From the human T2T-CHM13v2.0 reference genome, Homo sapiens, in assembly GCF_009914755.1 (NCBI RefSeq), contig NC_060932.1: a DNA stretch of 64,000 nucleotides; one strand, written 5' to 3'. Below the pieces are notes generated by a model. That model saw only the letters and a list, made by a program, of their open reading frames with translations, had not been told where the DNA came from and searched no databases. Position numbers and translations under genes: made by a program. Of this stretch, positions 1-12,346 are shown one piece after another. The first letter of the stretch is position 1. Every line of letters begins with the position of its first letter.

Positions 1-153
1 CTTTAGAGAAAACAAGTCCATTACTATTTTCAAAGTTGAAATTGCGTTATATGTTTAAGCTGCCATTTAAACAGCACTACATTTTGCCATAATTTTGCTA
101 TAGTTAACATTCCAAGTATATTCAAAGTTGATTTTTATTTTTTTCAGAAAAAA

Positions 154-596
154 TGCCTTAGTCTGTTTGGTATTGCTACAAAAGAACACCTGAGACTGAG
201 TAATTTGTAAGAAAAGAAGTTTGTTTAGCTCACAGTTCTGCAGGCTGAGAAGTTCAACGGCATGACCCTGGCTTCTGGCAGGGGCTTTTATTCTGCATCA
301 TAACATGACAGAGAAGGTCAAAGAGGATGCAGACATGTGTGAAGAGGGGAAAGTTTGCTAGGCATCTTAGCCCTGTAACAACCCACTCTGGTGGAAACTA
401 CCCATTTCCTCAAGAACTAATTTAGTTTAGTCTTGCGAGAGTGAGAACTTACTACCAGAAGAACAACACCAAGCCATTCATGAAGGATCTGCCCTCATAA
501 CCCAAACACCTCCCAATAGGCCCTACCTCCACATTGGGGATCAAATTTCAATATGAGTTTTGATGAGAACAAACCAACCATATTCAAAGCATTGCA
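154..596 (-). mobile_element. MaLR solo LTR, MST family (MSTB/C/D-like)
   Basis: Starts tgccttagtctgtttggtattgctac; contains ctcacagttctgcaggctg and aagccattcatgaaggatctgccc; ends ggggatcaaatttcaatatgag...catattcaaagcattgca. Reverse complement of the MST LTR with TG..CA termini. Confidence 0.85.
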
Positions 597-1039
597 AAAA
601 GTTGAAAAAGCTCTACTAATGTGTAACCAGACATGTGAACATATATAACTTTGAGACATAGCACAACACTTAAAAGCCTTCAGAATCATAAAAAATGTAT
701 CTATCAATCTTAATATTTTATTAACTCAAATTATTTTTACCTGGCTGCATGGACATACAACATTTACCCTAAATTTAAAATAGAATGCAAATTAATATTC
801 ATTGGTATTATTTTCATTAATTGCACAACATAGTGAAAATAATGTTAACATTTTTTTCCTTTCCTTCTTCCTTCTTCTCTTTTGCTTTTTTTCTTACCTG
901 TAAATTAACTGAGTTGCCAGATATCCATAGTTATCAATGGCAATTTGGAGGCTCTCAGAGGCAGAAGTGGTTGGTGTTTTTCTATTTATTGTTCTAGATT
1001 TGGGTCTGAGCACTTTTATAAGTGAAACTTTCCAGGTAT

Positions 1040-1060
1040 TTTGTTGTTGTTGTTGTTGTT
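1040..1060. repeat. (TTG)n microsatellite
   Basis: Direct reading ttgttgttgttgttgttgtt. Confidence 0.9.
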
Positions 1061-2230
1061 ATATCAGGTCTTAAACTATACCTTTATAAATTCTTAGTCA
1101 TATATACTAAAGGGCATTTAATCTCACGACTGTTATTTATGGGCTTTAAGTCCTCTATGCAAAGGGTAAAATTGTCCCTGTGAATTTCAGAGGTAGACAT
1201 TAGGTAAAGAGAGAGTTTTTTGCTTGACTTATTGCTTAAGTCAGAGCGTTCTCTGAATCTTCTAACTCTTCATTTAATTCACTTGAAAGTATTTATTAAT
1301 CAATGTGCCTAATACATAGATGGGACTGCTTCCAGTGAGTCTGTCAGTCATGTTACCAGAGCCTTTATTTCTTCCTCTATGCCAAGCTTAAAAAATCAGA
1401 TGATTTATTTTACATGAGCCACACATGCAAATAGACCTGTAATGCTGAAATTTTGATACTTAAAGGTAAATCTAGTATCAGAGAGCTCTATTAAGTGGTC
1501 TAGAGTATATTCAAATTACAAGACATGCAACTTATTCTAAAATCTAATGCAATCTACTAACAGCAAGGGAGAGGGAACTATTCAGAGTAAATAGGACATT
1601 GTTTATCTGACATTTTATTGACACATTAATTGACAACTCCATTTTATATGACGTATACAATCAACTGGACCTGTTTAATGTTAGTCCTTAGATAAAAAAT
1701 AATTGTAGCTCAAGACCTCATAATTGTATATATTTTTTTCACTGTACCTGGTACAATCATTTCATGTATGAAATGAATGAGTCCACAATACCTCAATATT
1801 TGAACATTTTGTTTTAATTCACTTAATCATTGAACCACAGAGTCTGTGCTAAATGCTATTATCTCTATAACTCAACAATAAGGAGATTTAACAGACTCAC
1901 CATTTAATGTGCACGGGAGCACAGATTTCAAAATTTGTTTCAGCACAACCTTTTGGATTATCATATATTTGTACCATAAAATAAATCATCTGATTTTTTA
2001 CTCTACTGAGACGGATGCATATGCAACATATTTATGTGCATATATTCAGTGTTGGAAATTAATTCATAATCATGTATATCAAGTGATTTGGATATTTACC
2101 TGCACCCCATCTCAGGGAATCATTAGAGCTTGCATTTGGAACATTTAACTGATTTTAGTTATGTAATGTAATTTTACACACATTACCTTACATTTCCCTT
2201 CAAATTCCTTCTGAATCACACTGTTCTGAT

Positions 2231-2428
2231 TTCCTGGAAACGCAGTTCAAGAAATGGCCAAGAGTAGAAGGATGTTATAAGACATTGAGTTTCGAAGTTT
2301 TCCTTTAAAATACAAAAAGTGAAAATTCCACAAAAGTGGAATGAAACTTGATTTATAGTGCCGCAAAGAAAAATCCTGGAATGTGCAGGAAAGGAAGTGA
2401 ATGAACTTGGGAACAGCTGCAAGTAAGT
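2231..2428 (+). promoter_or_regulatory. Candidate enhancer/promoter motif cluster (STAT GAS, IRF, ETS/PU.1, E-box) ending at a 5' splice site
   Basis: TTCCTGGAA 2231-2239; AAAAGTGAAA ~2315-2324; GGAAAGGAAGTGAA ~2388-2401; CAGCTG 2414-2419; CAA|GTAAGT with GT at 2423-2424. Motif matches only. Confidence 0.35.
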
Positions 2429-3959
2429 ATGATGAACGACTCTGCATTGGGCTAGCAGTTCATCTGTTCCACTTGCAGCTGCAGGCCAAAGCGTCACCAG
2501 GTTTTCTGCAGAAACTCAACTTGGCATTTTAATGGCTGAGGTGAACCCACTGGTGGCCAGCTGCTGGGACTGAAAATCAGAAGCAGCTCCAGTCCTTCCA
2601 GATTGTGAGGGGAAAGGTTAAGGAGAGGGAAGTGGTGCCTTGTCCCAGACAGACGCCCATTGGTCCTGAGATTTCAAAAACACCAGGAGAGAGAATGCCT
2701 GGCAGTGGAGAAACCAACACTCAGCCTTCTCTGGAAGAAAGAAAAGGCTTGAGGCAGGATTCTCAAGCTTCATTTAATTACGATCAAATAGGGACTGGCA
2801 GAAGAGCGTAGCTGCAGATTTGCAGTAACCTCTCCCTAAAAGAACATGAGCTGTGAGAGAGTGACCTTGCAGCCAGCACTGATTTGACATTCACCTGTTT
2901 CCCTGCTTGCATTGGAATACCGCTGGGTTAGTTTGGATCCCAAACATAGAAAAGTAACTCCTAGCAGGAGGCAGAAGAGAGCACTTAACATTATGCGGCC
3001 AAGAGGTTACACTGGCTGCTGCCTCTTATCAATGGGTCTTTCAGGTCCTTTTTGGGAGCAATCCTGGGCTTCATTGCCCTGCCTAAACTGTAGTTTCCAA
3101 GCAGTTTCTCAGGCAGTTCCTGTTACATTCTGTGATCCTGCCTAATACAGTAATTTGATTCCAGTTGAAAACTTCCATTACATACATGTCTTGAATCGGG
3201 AGAGTTAGAGCCTTATACTTTGTTCCTCTGCAAAACTGTAAGAGCATCACTGCTGTATTAAAGGGAAGTGAGTGGAAAGTTGCAAAGTGAGCCTTTGAGT
3301 TCAAGAAAACAGATGAAAATGAGCCCAAGCCTTGGAACTACAGTTCTAAGTTTTGAGTGGTGGACAGAGTGGGAAACCACGTAGCATGCAAAGGGGAGCG
3401 GAAGGGCAGAGGAAGGAAGCAAGGCTACAGTGTTTGGCTGTGTTCTAATGTGCTCTGGCATGGAGTTATCGTGAGTGGAACTAATATTACATAACACTAT
3501 GTATATTTTGGAAGATGGCTGGGAAATAGCCTTGGGAGCCAATGGAGATTTATTAAATAAAAATTACCTCAAGCTTGATTTTTCATCTTTACCAAGCACC
3601 ATAGTAAATTGGCATCTCTGAGACTCCTGCGGGAGCCAGAAAGCTGGAATCAAAAATTCAGAAACATGAAATCAAGAAAGAACTGAAAATCTGAATGGAA
3701 AGCCAGTCACAAAAGAATAAGAAGTAAAATATTCTTTAATTATGTATTATCTCCTACAGATCAAAAGGAACTTTCCACCATTTCATTGAACCTGTGAGTG
3801 AAAATGATCCCAAAAGTATAGAGAAAATAAAGAACAGTAAGCAAATTAATTCAGTTTATATACTGTCTTTTAACCTGTTTAGAAAGAATTTGAGAATTGT
3901 TTGATCCTGATTATATAAAAAAGATATATCTGTATCTATGTCTACGTATATATTAATAC

Positions 3960-4110
3960 ATACAAATAAAATTTCTAGAAGGAAGAGTACACAATTAACA
4001 GTGGTTACTTCTGAAGAATGGGAATGGGATGTTGGAGGAGACAGATCTGTCACTTTTCATTTTATATTTCTCTGGTGAGATCAAGGGAGCATCTTACTTT
4101 GTAAATATTA
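3960..4110 (+). mobile_element. Old L1ME 3'-end fragment
   Basis: ggaagagtacacaattaacagtggttacttctgaagaatgggaatggg...cacttttcattttatatt resembles the L1ME 3' UTR. Confidence 0.45.
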
Positions 4111-4658
4111 AAAATGCTGAAATATGTAGGTTAAAATGTAATTAATCTACATTCCTATTTTTCAGAATTAATCTGACTTACCATCTGGTCATTTTTGCTT
4201 GCTTACATTTTTTCTTTTGCAAAACTCATTATGTTGTTTTGCTAAAAACAATTAAAACAATGCATCAAACTAGTAAGAAAAAAAAAGTCTCAAACCACAG
4301 AGAAAGACTCACAATTACCATTAGATACATAAAATTCTATGATATATTTCTTTGTACATTTCTGGATCAAATAATGGCAAGATGGATGAACTGATGGATA
4401 GATGGATATATAGACATGCATCGATGTAGGCAGACAGTAAGATCATAGTATAATTGATATTTTAATTTAACAGAAGGTTAAAACTGAAATTTTGCTTTTA
4501 GAGGAACTATTGACCTCAAATAAATGTTTTATTTTCACCTTAAGACGTATCTTTTTCTAAAAGATCCAAAGTTAACTTGAAAAACATGGAAGTCGATTTT
4601 TTTTTTTATTTTTATTTTAACCTATCAAGCTCAATTGACTCCCTCTCATAAAAGTGGA

Positions 4659-4948
4659 GGCACAGTGGCTCACGCCTGTAATCCCCGCACTCTGGGAGGC
4701 CGAGGCGGGCGGATCACGAGGTCAGGAGATCGAGACCATCCTGGCTAACAAGGTGAAATCCCGTCTCTAGTAAAAAATACAAAAAATTAGCCGGGCCTGG
4801 TGGCGGGCGCCTGTAGTCCCAGCTACTCGGGGCTGAGGCAGGAGAATGGCGTGAACCCGGGAGGCGGAGCTTGCAGTGAGCCGAGATCCCGCCGCTGCAT
4901 TACGGACTGGCCGAGAGAGCGAGACTCCGTCTAAAAAAAAAAAAAAAA
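4659..4948 (+). mobile_element. AluY, near full length
   Basis: AluY diagnostics gatcacgaggtcaggagatcgagaccatcctggctaac and gaatggcgtgaacccgggaggcggagcttgcag; poly(A) tail; TSD aaaagtgga (4650-4658) / aaaagtgaa (4949-4957). Confidence 0.95.
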
Positions 4949-5041
4949 AAAAGTGAAGATATTGCCACAGGTCTCAGGTCCTCTTTCCCTGCTTCACTTT
5001 CTATTAGTTTTATCAGTTAGGTTTACATTTACTAAGTTTAG

Positions 5042-5239
<198 letters not shown>

Positions 5240-5309
5240 TGACTACTACCGGTAATAAAATCAAATGGATTCAGTGCTCACAACTCTTCAGTCTTTGGGC
5301 TACTTTCCA

Positions 5310-6200
5310 TTCTTGAATTTTTAGCTGAATTCATCTCTTTGGCTGGATTTTGTGGTAAAGTAGTTTTTTGCTTATTTTTTCCCCCAAGAAGGGCTTACAT
5401 GGGTCTTTTTCTATGAATTATTTTCCTACTTGACAATATTTACTTGTTACTTTTTTACTTTCATCATGCCTTGGGCGCATATAATACTCTCCCTTCACAT
5501 TTTCTTTCCTTGAATTTGTGGAGAATTTTCCATTTTATTCTTGCAGTCAACTTTACTGAAAACAAATCTGAAATAAAATTAATGTTATTCTACCGTATAG
5601 GCGATTGGCTTTTTAGTCCCAAGATGCCTAAAAATAAGTTACCCTTAACACATAATAGCTTAACTTAGTTAGGTCTAGAAATTGAGGGTTTGTTTTGTAC
5701 CACATTTTCTAGAAAGAGTGCTCCTTCAACCTAAAGATTTACTTAGCTTTTTTTCAGGAAATTTCTTGGATTAGATCTTAGAATAAATATTTCTTTTCAT
5801 TTGTTAAATTCTCTACTTCAGGAATATCTGTTAACATTATGTTGGATTTTTTTGTTTAAAGTATTCACTTTTCTCTAATTGCTTTTATCTCCTTATCTGT
5901 TCATCTTCCTTCACTATAATTATCTTAATCCCCATTTCTCTGTATCAGTAACTTAATTTTCAATTGCATCCATTGTTTTTCTAATTTATGTATTAGTTTC
6001 GTAAGGCTATTGTTTTGAGTTCTTTCCCCCTTATATCGGTACTCTCCTTTATCATCTAATTCTGTTATTCTATTATTTTGTCTTTGAGTTTTGTTTTAGT
6101 GAACTTACATTCCTCTATTATATTACATTATATTAGAATTAGTAGTTTTGAGTAGGTTGGTTCATGAGTTTGTGAGTAGGGTAGTTTCAAGTAGGGTTGA
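5310..6200 (-). mobile_element. Ancient L1M/HAL1-type ORF1-region fragment
   Basis: T-rich degraded sequence, e.g. tataatactctcccttcacattttctttccttgaatttgtggagaattttccattttattcttgc, typical of antisense old L1 ORF1. Confidence 0.5.
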
Positions 6201-6234
6201 GTAGTATTTTTATGTTTCTTGTGATAATTTTGCC

Positions 6235-6375
6235 AAACAATGAATATTTCTTTTTAGTATAAAGATGTCTCATGGAATATTTAGGACATGTATATGCTAA
6301 AATTTATTTGTTGCTTATATGAATTTCAAATTGAGCTGGGTGTCTCTATTTTTATATTTTAATTTGCTAAATCTG
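6235..6375. mobile_element. MER53 palindromic DNA-transposon (MITE) remnant
   Basis: tttttagtataaagatgtctcatggaatatttaggacatgtatatgctaaaatttatttgttgcttatatgaatttcaaattgagctgggtgtc...tttgctaaatctg matches the MER53 centre and one arm. Confidence 0.8.
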
Positions 6376-6390
6376 TATGTTTTTTATAAA

Positions 6391-6485
6391 TTTCCTTCCT
6401 TCCCTCCTTCCTTCCTTCCTTCCTTCCTTCCTTCCTTCCTTCCTTCCTTCCCTCCCTCCCTCCCTCCCTCCCTCCCTCCCTCCCT
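6391..6485. repeat. Compound (TTCC)n-(TCCC)n pure pyrimidine microsatellite
   Basis: Direct reading; about 95 bp with no purine on the + strand. Confidence 0.97.
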
Positions 6486-6884
6486 AATCTAGGAGGATTT
6501 TATAGTTGCCATAGCGTTTTCTTTTCTTTTTGCTCATGCTTGTGTGTCCCTAAGATGCCAAGTTAGGTGGGATATATTGTAGGTGGCCTCTTGACTCTCT
6601 TCTCACCATACTGTTTGTTTTCTTTACTTAATATACAGTCTGAGAACTGAATTTACTTTCATGGATTATCTGTTTGTCTGTAATCTATGGGAATACTGGG
6701 TGATGAAGGCAGGGATCTAGTCTTAGATACTCTGCAGCCTTTTCTCTGTCTCCTAAGATATTTTTTCTGTGCAATGGGAGAGGGGTTTTTGTCCAATCCC
6801 CTGGGAAATACTCTAAATGAATAATTTCTCAAATTTGCTGTGTATTCTTGAATCTTCACTCTCTTCAAAGAGACTTAAGCCACT

Positions 6885-7060
6885 ATTTCATTCAGGGTAG
6901 GAGCAGCTAAACTAAACTAACAGAAAAGCTACAAATTACAGTGGCTTAAAAAACAAAGGACATTTTTCTTGCTTGGGTAAAGTTTCATTTATTTTTCCCT
7001 CTATTTCATTGCCATGACTTTTAGGGAGCAGTGACTTCTAAATTGTGGTTCTTAATCAAC
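6885..7060 (-). mobile_element. Possible old MLT1 LTR fragment
   Basis: aaattacagtggcttaaaaaacaaaggacatttttctt resembles the MLT1J/K-type terminus. Confidence 0.35.
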
Positions 7061-7439
7061 TAGAGTTTATAGTTTGTCTAACATTTTAAAAATATAATCA
7101 GTTTCTTTACTACTATTTTTATATTACTAATTCATTAATTTTCACCCAAATCTTTAAGAACATGGCTCTCATGGTTAGGGAAAGAAAATTGCGCAAATGA
7201 CTTGTGTCCATACCGTTTTTTTGGCCTCACTATTCCTGAATGTGGTTTCTTTCTTCTAATGACCAAACTTTAGGGGACTAGGACTGTGCATCTCAGAATT
7301 AAACTGGTATTTCTGATATGTATGGTTTATGGTTCAATGGAAAAATATAAGAATTTTTCAAATAATTTTCTGATTGTAAGGATGAATGTGACCTAATGTT
7401 AAAATGGCAGGACAGAAATATTAAAGAACTGAATGATGG

Positions 7440-7550
7440 CATCAGCTCAGCCATTTAGTATTTGATTTTGGACTTAGTTTCCTCATCTGTATAATAAGAG
7501 CTTTGCCTATGTATTTTTCCAAGACCATTTCAGGGTTTTGCATTATTTTA
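7440..7550 (+). mobile_element. MIR (MIR3-like) fragment
   Basis: MIR core cttagtttcctcatctgtataataag. Confidence 0.55.
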
Positions 7551-8308
7551 TTTCATTTGGAATTAACATTCAGGTCATCTTATAGTAGTGTACTGAATAA
7601 CTGAATGTTAAATGTCTTGCTAAAATAAATATTGGGTTGGTGAAGTTGAAGTTTTGGAATAATAGCTAAAATTAATAACTATAGATTTTAATTAATGATT
7701 TCATTCACTAACTTTCAAAAGTTAGACATTCAAAAACTGCAAGAAGAATATTTTTTCAAGATTATAAATTGCTAGATTCTTCCTGCAGTGGAAAGGGGAA
7801 CATGAGATATTTGCAGTATTAAATAGATACTCACTTTCAATTGATACATTTAATAACATCACTAACCTTCCTATTCATAGTGAAATGAGTGATGAAAAAG
7901 TTTTTTAGTAAATATTTTTTACTGGAACAGAAATAATTTTGTAGCAGGATTCATAATTTGTGTATACTGATTTAAGAATATCATTACTTCCTGAAAGTGG
8001 CATTCATCTCTATGGGTAGTCATTTTAACAAGGTTTTTGTTAAAACCTTCCTCTTCATTAACACACTTTAGGAAAGTGTCTTCTAAGTCATTCTATCAAA
8101 GTCTGTTGCTTTCAAATTTGATTAAAGACAACAAAGTATTATTTGCGTACCTCATTTTTCTCTAACACATTTTTCTTTGCATTTCTCATATTCTGGATTA
8201 TGTGGGGATCAAATATGATTTAAATGTTATGCACAATTTTGTGGTTTTTCCTACTAATGAAATTTTGAGTTGCAAAGTTAACATTCTGCCATTGTTAATA
8301 TATTCTTA

Positions 8309-8719
8309 TTATAAAAAGACAAAATTTCAACACATTTCATTTAAAGATCTCAATTGGCTTTTACTTGCAATTCCAGAATCGGGCAGCCATTAGAACCAAA
8401 ACAGTTCTGAGGAGCTCCCAGGCTGCAATGTGGTGCGAAATGTTTTATGGACAGAAAATGGAAATGAGGTGCAGAAATTGGAGGTGAGATTCAGAGATAG
8501 CTGATTGGTTACAGCTCAGCCTTTGCCTTGTTTGAACATGGTTTGAACAGTTGATTGACTGAAGCTAGGCTGCTGTGATTGGCTGATACTTTACTATTTG
8601 TTACAAAGGCAAATTCCTAATTTAAGCTTTCAAATTGTTTAAGTACTAAGTTAGGTTTTACTTTGTTACTTAGGACTCATATCGAGGTTTCTAAAGCCCA
8701 CATCTGATACGATTTAACA
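8309..8719 (-). mobile_element. ERV1 MER4-group solo LTR
   Basis: aattccagaatcgggcagcc...tttatggacagaaaatggaaatgagg...ctgattggttacagctcagcctttgccttgtttgaacatgg...; ends atttaaca (TG on - strand). Exact subfamily not resolved. Confidence 0.7.
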
Positions 8720-11231
8720 TTACCTATGTGAAGAATTACTAAGCAGAAACATTTTGAAAGCCTCATGACCTGAATCGTATTAAATACTTAACAATTGAAT
8801 TTGTCTCAATAATAATTATGTTTAAAATTATGAATGCTTGTTTGTAAAAAAAAAAGCCACAAATTTTAAAATTCTGATATAATCTAATATCTGGTATTCA
8901 GCTTTGTATTATCATTTTAAAATTTAATGAACATCTCTGGACTCTAAATATTTTTCTTTTTAAAGTTATATAAAACATTCTCTTTATATTCATTATAACT
9001 ATTAAACTATTTGCCTACTTATTTATATTGAAAGTCCTTAATATTTTTACAATAACTTAATAGGTTTCACAATCATCATTACTTATTATAGTTTATACTG
9101 TTTGAATAATAAATATATGTCTATACTATGACTCATTGATACATTTCAAAATACAGTGCACATAAGAAGATCTTCATTCTCTAGATCTGTCATACTACAT
9201 ATGTGAAAGTTAACATTTGTAGTGGCAGTGAATCCTAGGGGCAGCCTTGCATGTTAATGTTATGTGGTTGATTTGAGAGGATGGGGATCTGTGTAATCAT
9301 ATGATGACAATTTGGGTTTGGGAATCTCAGAAATGCCATCAGTATAGGAATATGGCTATTCTGCTCTTCCTAGGCTAAGAATAAACTTGAAGACAAAGAG
9401 TAGATTTTGGCCAGACACTGATGCTAAAGTCACCCCGATGCTGTCTTTGCTTCTAAGGTATAAATTACCTTATTTTTAGCAACTTTTTCACCTTTTCAAC
9501 TCTATCCCTTTCCTCAGCCTCTTTCATATGTGAAATAAAATATTCACTTACTACTGAGGATGATTTTTTTTAAACCTATTAAAGAATACTCCATAGCTAC
9601 AGAGGGGACCATATCCTTTAGAGACTCCGTTGGGGATGATCATATGCAGAATTATTCTTGTCCCTTTGCCTCTGCTTAATCCCCTTCACAAAGTCTGTGG
9701 CTCAAACAAATGAGAGTTGGCAGTACTAAAGGAATAAGTTCCCAGCATACGTCTGCCATGCTTTAGCATCATTTCAGATTAGAAGCATGGAGCAAAGGCA
9801 GGGAGACGGGTCAAACAAAATGCTGAGAGCTTCCCTCCTTTTAAAAAACAAAATTCTAGTCAGGGAATTATTTTTAAATAAAATGCAAGCCCCCAAGACA
9901 TAAATAAACAGCCAGCATATAATACTAACAACTCAATGAAAGATACTTCCCCAGGTCAACTCATCTGGTAGGATCAGTTATTTTGTGTTACTGCATTGCC
10001 CCTCTAGCGGGATCATAGAAGACCCTAAAGGCTACAAGAAGAACTGCTTTCTGGCTCTCAAGTCATTTCAGTGGTTCCCTGATGGCAGCTGTCTCTTTGG
10101 GGAGGTGGTGCCGTGGTCTGTTTGGGGTTAGGCCATCAGCACAGGCCCCTTGTGCTAGCATCACATTGTCATAAGCTTTCTGCTACCATGGCTACCATCC
10201 ATCACCAGGCTCTGTCTCCATGGGCAGCAGCCTCTGTGCCCAGGCCACCCCAGGACCTCAGGCCCATCTCTCTTTCCAAAGGTAGGTAGGTGGCCTTTTC
10301 CCATTCTTTAGTTTTTGACTTTGTATAACTGAAGCTTCTCCTGGGATGATGCAGGCAGCTGCTGCACAGTCACTCCAGACTTACTCTTCACTTTGTTGTT
10401 AGGCCCCTGCAGCTCGCTGCACGTGACTGGTGCCATCTGCCCTCCCCGCACGGGCAGCTGCCCCTCCCACACTGCCTATTTCCCCCTTTCTGCTTTTTGT
10501 AGCCACATGTCTAAAGATGGCAGGCCAGTCTCTGTGGTCTATTTTATGGGACTTTCATTTATAACTAGGCAGCAACCCACATTAGTTATTTATCCTGATG
10601 ATCTCCCTCCTCTTGCCCCCCATGACAGGCCCCAGTGTGTGTTGTTCCCCTCCCTGTGTCCATGTGTTCTTATTGTTCAGCTCCTACTTATAAGTGAGAA
10701 CGTGTGGTATTTGGTTTTCTGTTCCTGCATTAGTTTGCTGAGGATAATGGCTTCCAGCTCCATCCATGTCCCTGCAAAGGACATGATCTCATTCCTTTTA
10801 ATGGCTGCATAGTATTCCATGGTGTATATGTAGCACATTTTCTTTATCCAGCCTATCATTGATGGGCATTTGGGTGGATTCCATGTCTTTGCTATCGTGA
10901 CTAGTGCTGCAGTGAACATACACGTGCATGTATCTTTGTAATAAAATGATTTATATCTTGGGGGGTAGATACCCAGTAATGGGATTGCTGGGTCAAATGA
11001 TATTTCTGGTTTTAGATATCACAACACCATCTTCCACAATGATTGAACTGGTTTACATTCCCACCAACATTGTAAAAGCATTCCTATTTCTCCCCAACTT
11101 GCCAGCACCTGTCATTTCTTGACTTTTTAATAATCTCCATTCTAATTGGCATGAGATAGTATCTCATTGTGGTTTTGATTTGCATTTCTCTAGTGATCAG
11201 TGAGATTGAACTTTTTTCATATGTTTGTTAG

Positions 11232-11563
<332 letters not shown>

Positions 11564-12019
11564 ATGAATATCTTCTTTTGAGAAGTGTCTGTTCATGTCC
11601 TTTGCCCACAATTGTATTGTTAGTTTTTTTCTTGTGAATGTGTTTAAGTTCCTTGTAGATTCTGGGTGTTAGACCTTTGTCAGATGGATAGATTGAAAAA
11701 ATTTTCTCCCACTGTGTAGGTTACCTGTTCACTCTAATGAAAATTTCTTTTGCTGTGCAGAAGCTCTTTAGTTTAATTAGATCTCATTTTTAAATTTCTG
11801 CTTTTGTTGCAACTGCTGTTGGCAATTTTGTCATGAAATCTTTGTGCCCATGTCCTAAATGGTATTGCCTAGATTTTCTAGGGTTTTTATAGTTTTGGGG
11901 TTTACATGTAAGTCTTTATTCCATCTTGAGTTAATTTTTGTGTAAGGTGTAAGGAAGGGGTACAGTTTCAATTTTCTGCATATGGCTAGCCAGTTCTTCC
12001 AGCACCATTTATTAAGTAG

Positions 12020-12346
<327 letters not shown>

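Noticed and set aside
4659-4948. AluYb8 or AluYa5 assignment
   Set aside because: Only single diagnostics are present (ctaacaagg; gatcccgcc); the Yb8 3' duplication and the other Ya5 positions are absent.
6281-6301. Bona fide miR-1302 gene
   Set aside because: Four mismatches to the mature sequence including the seed, and one MER53 arm is truncated.
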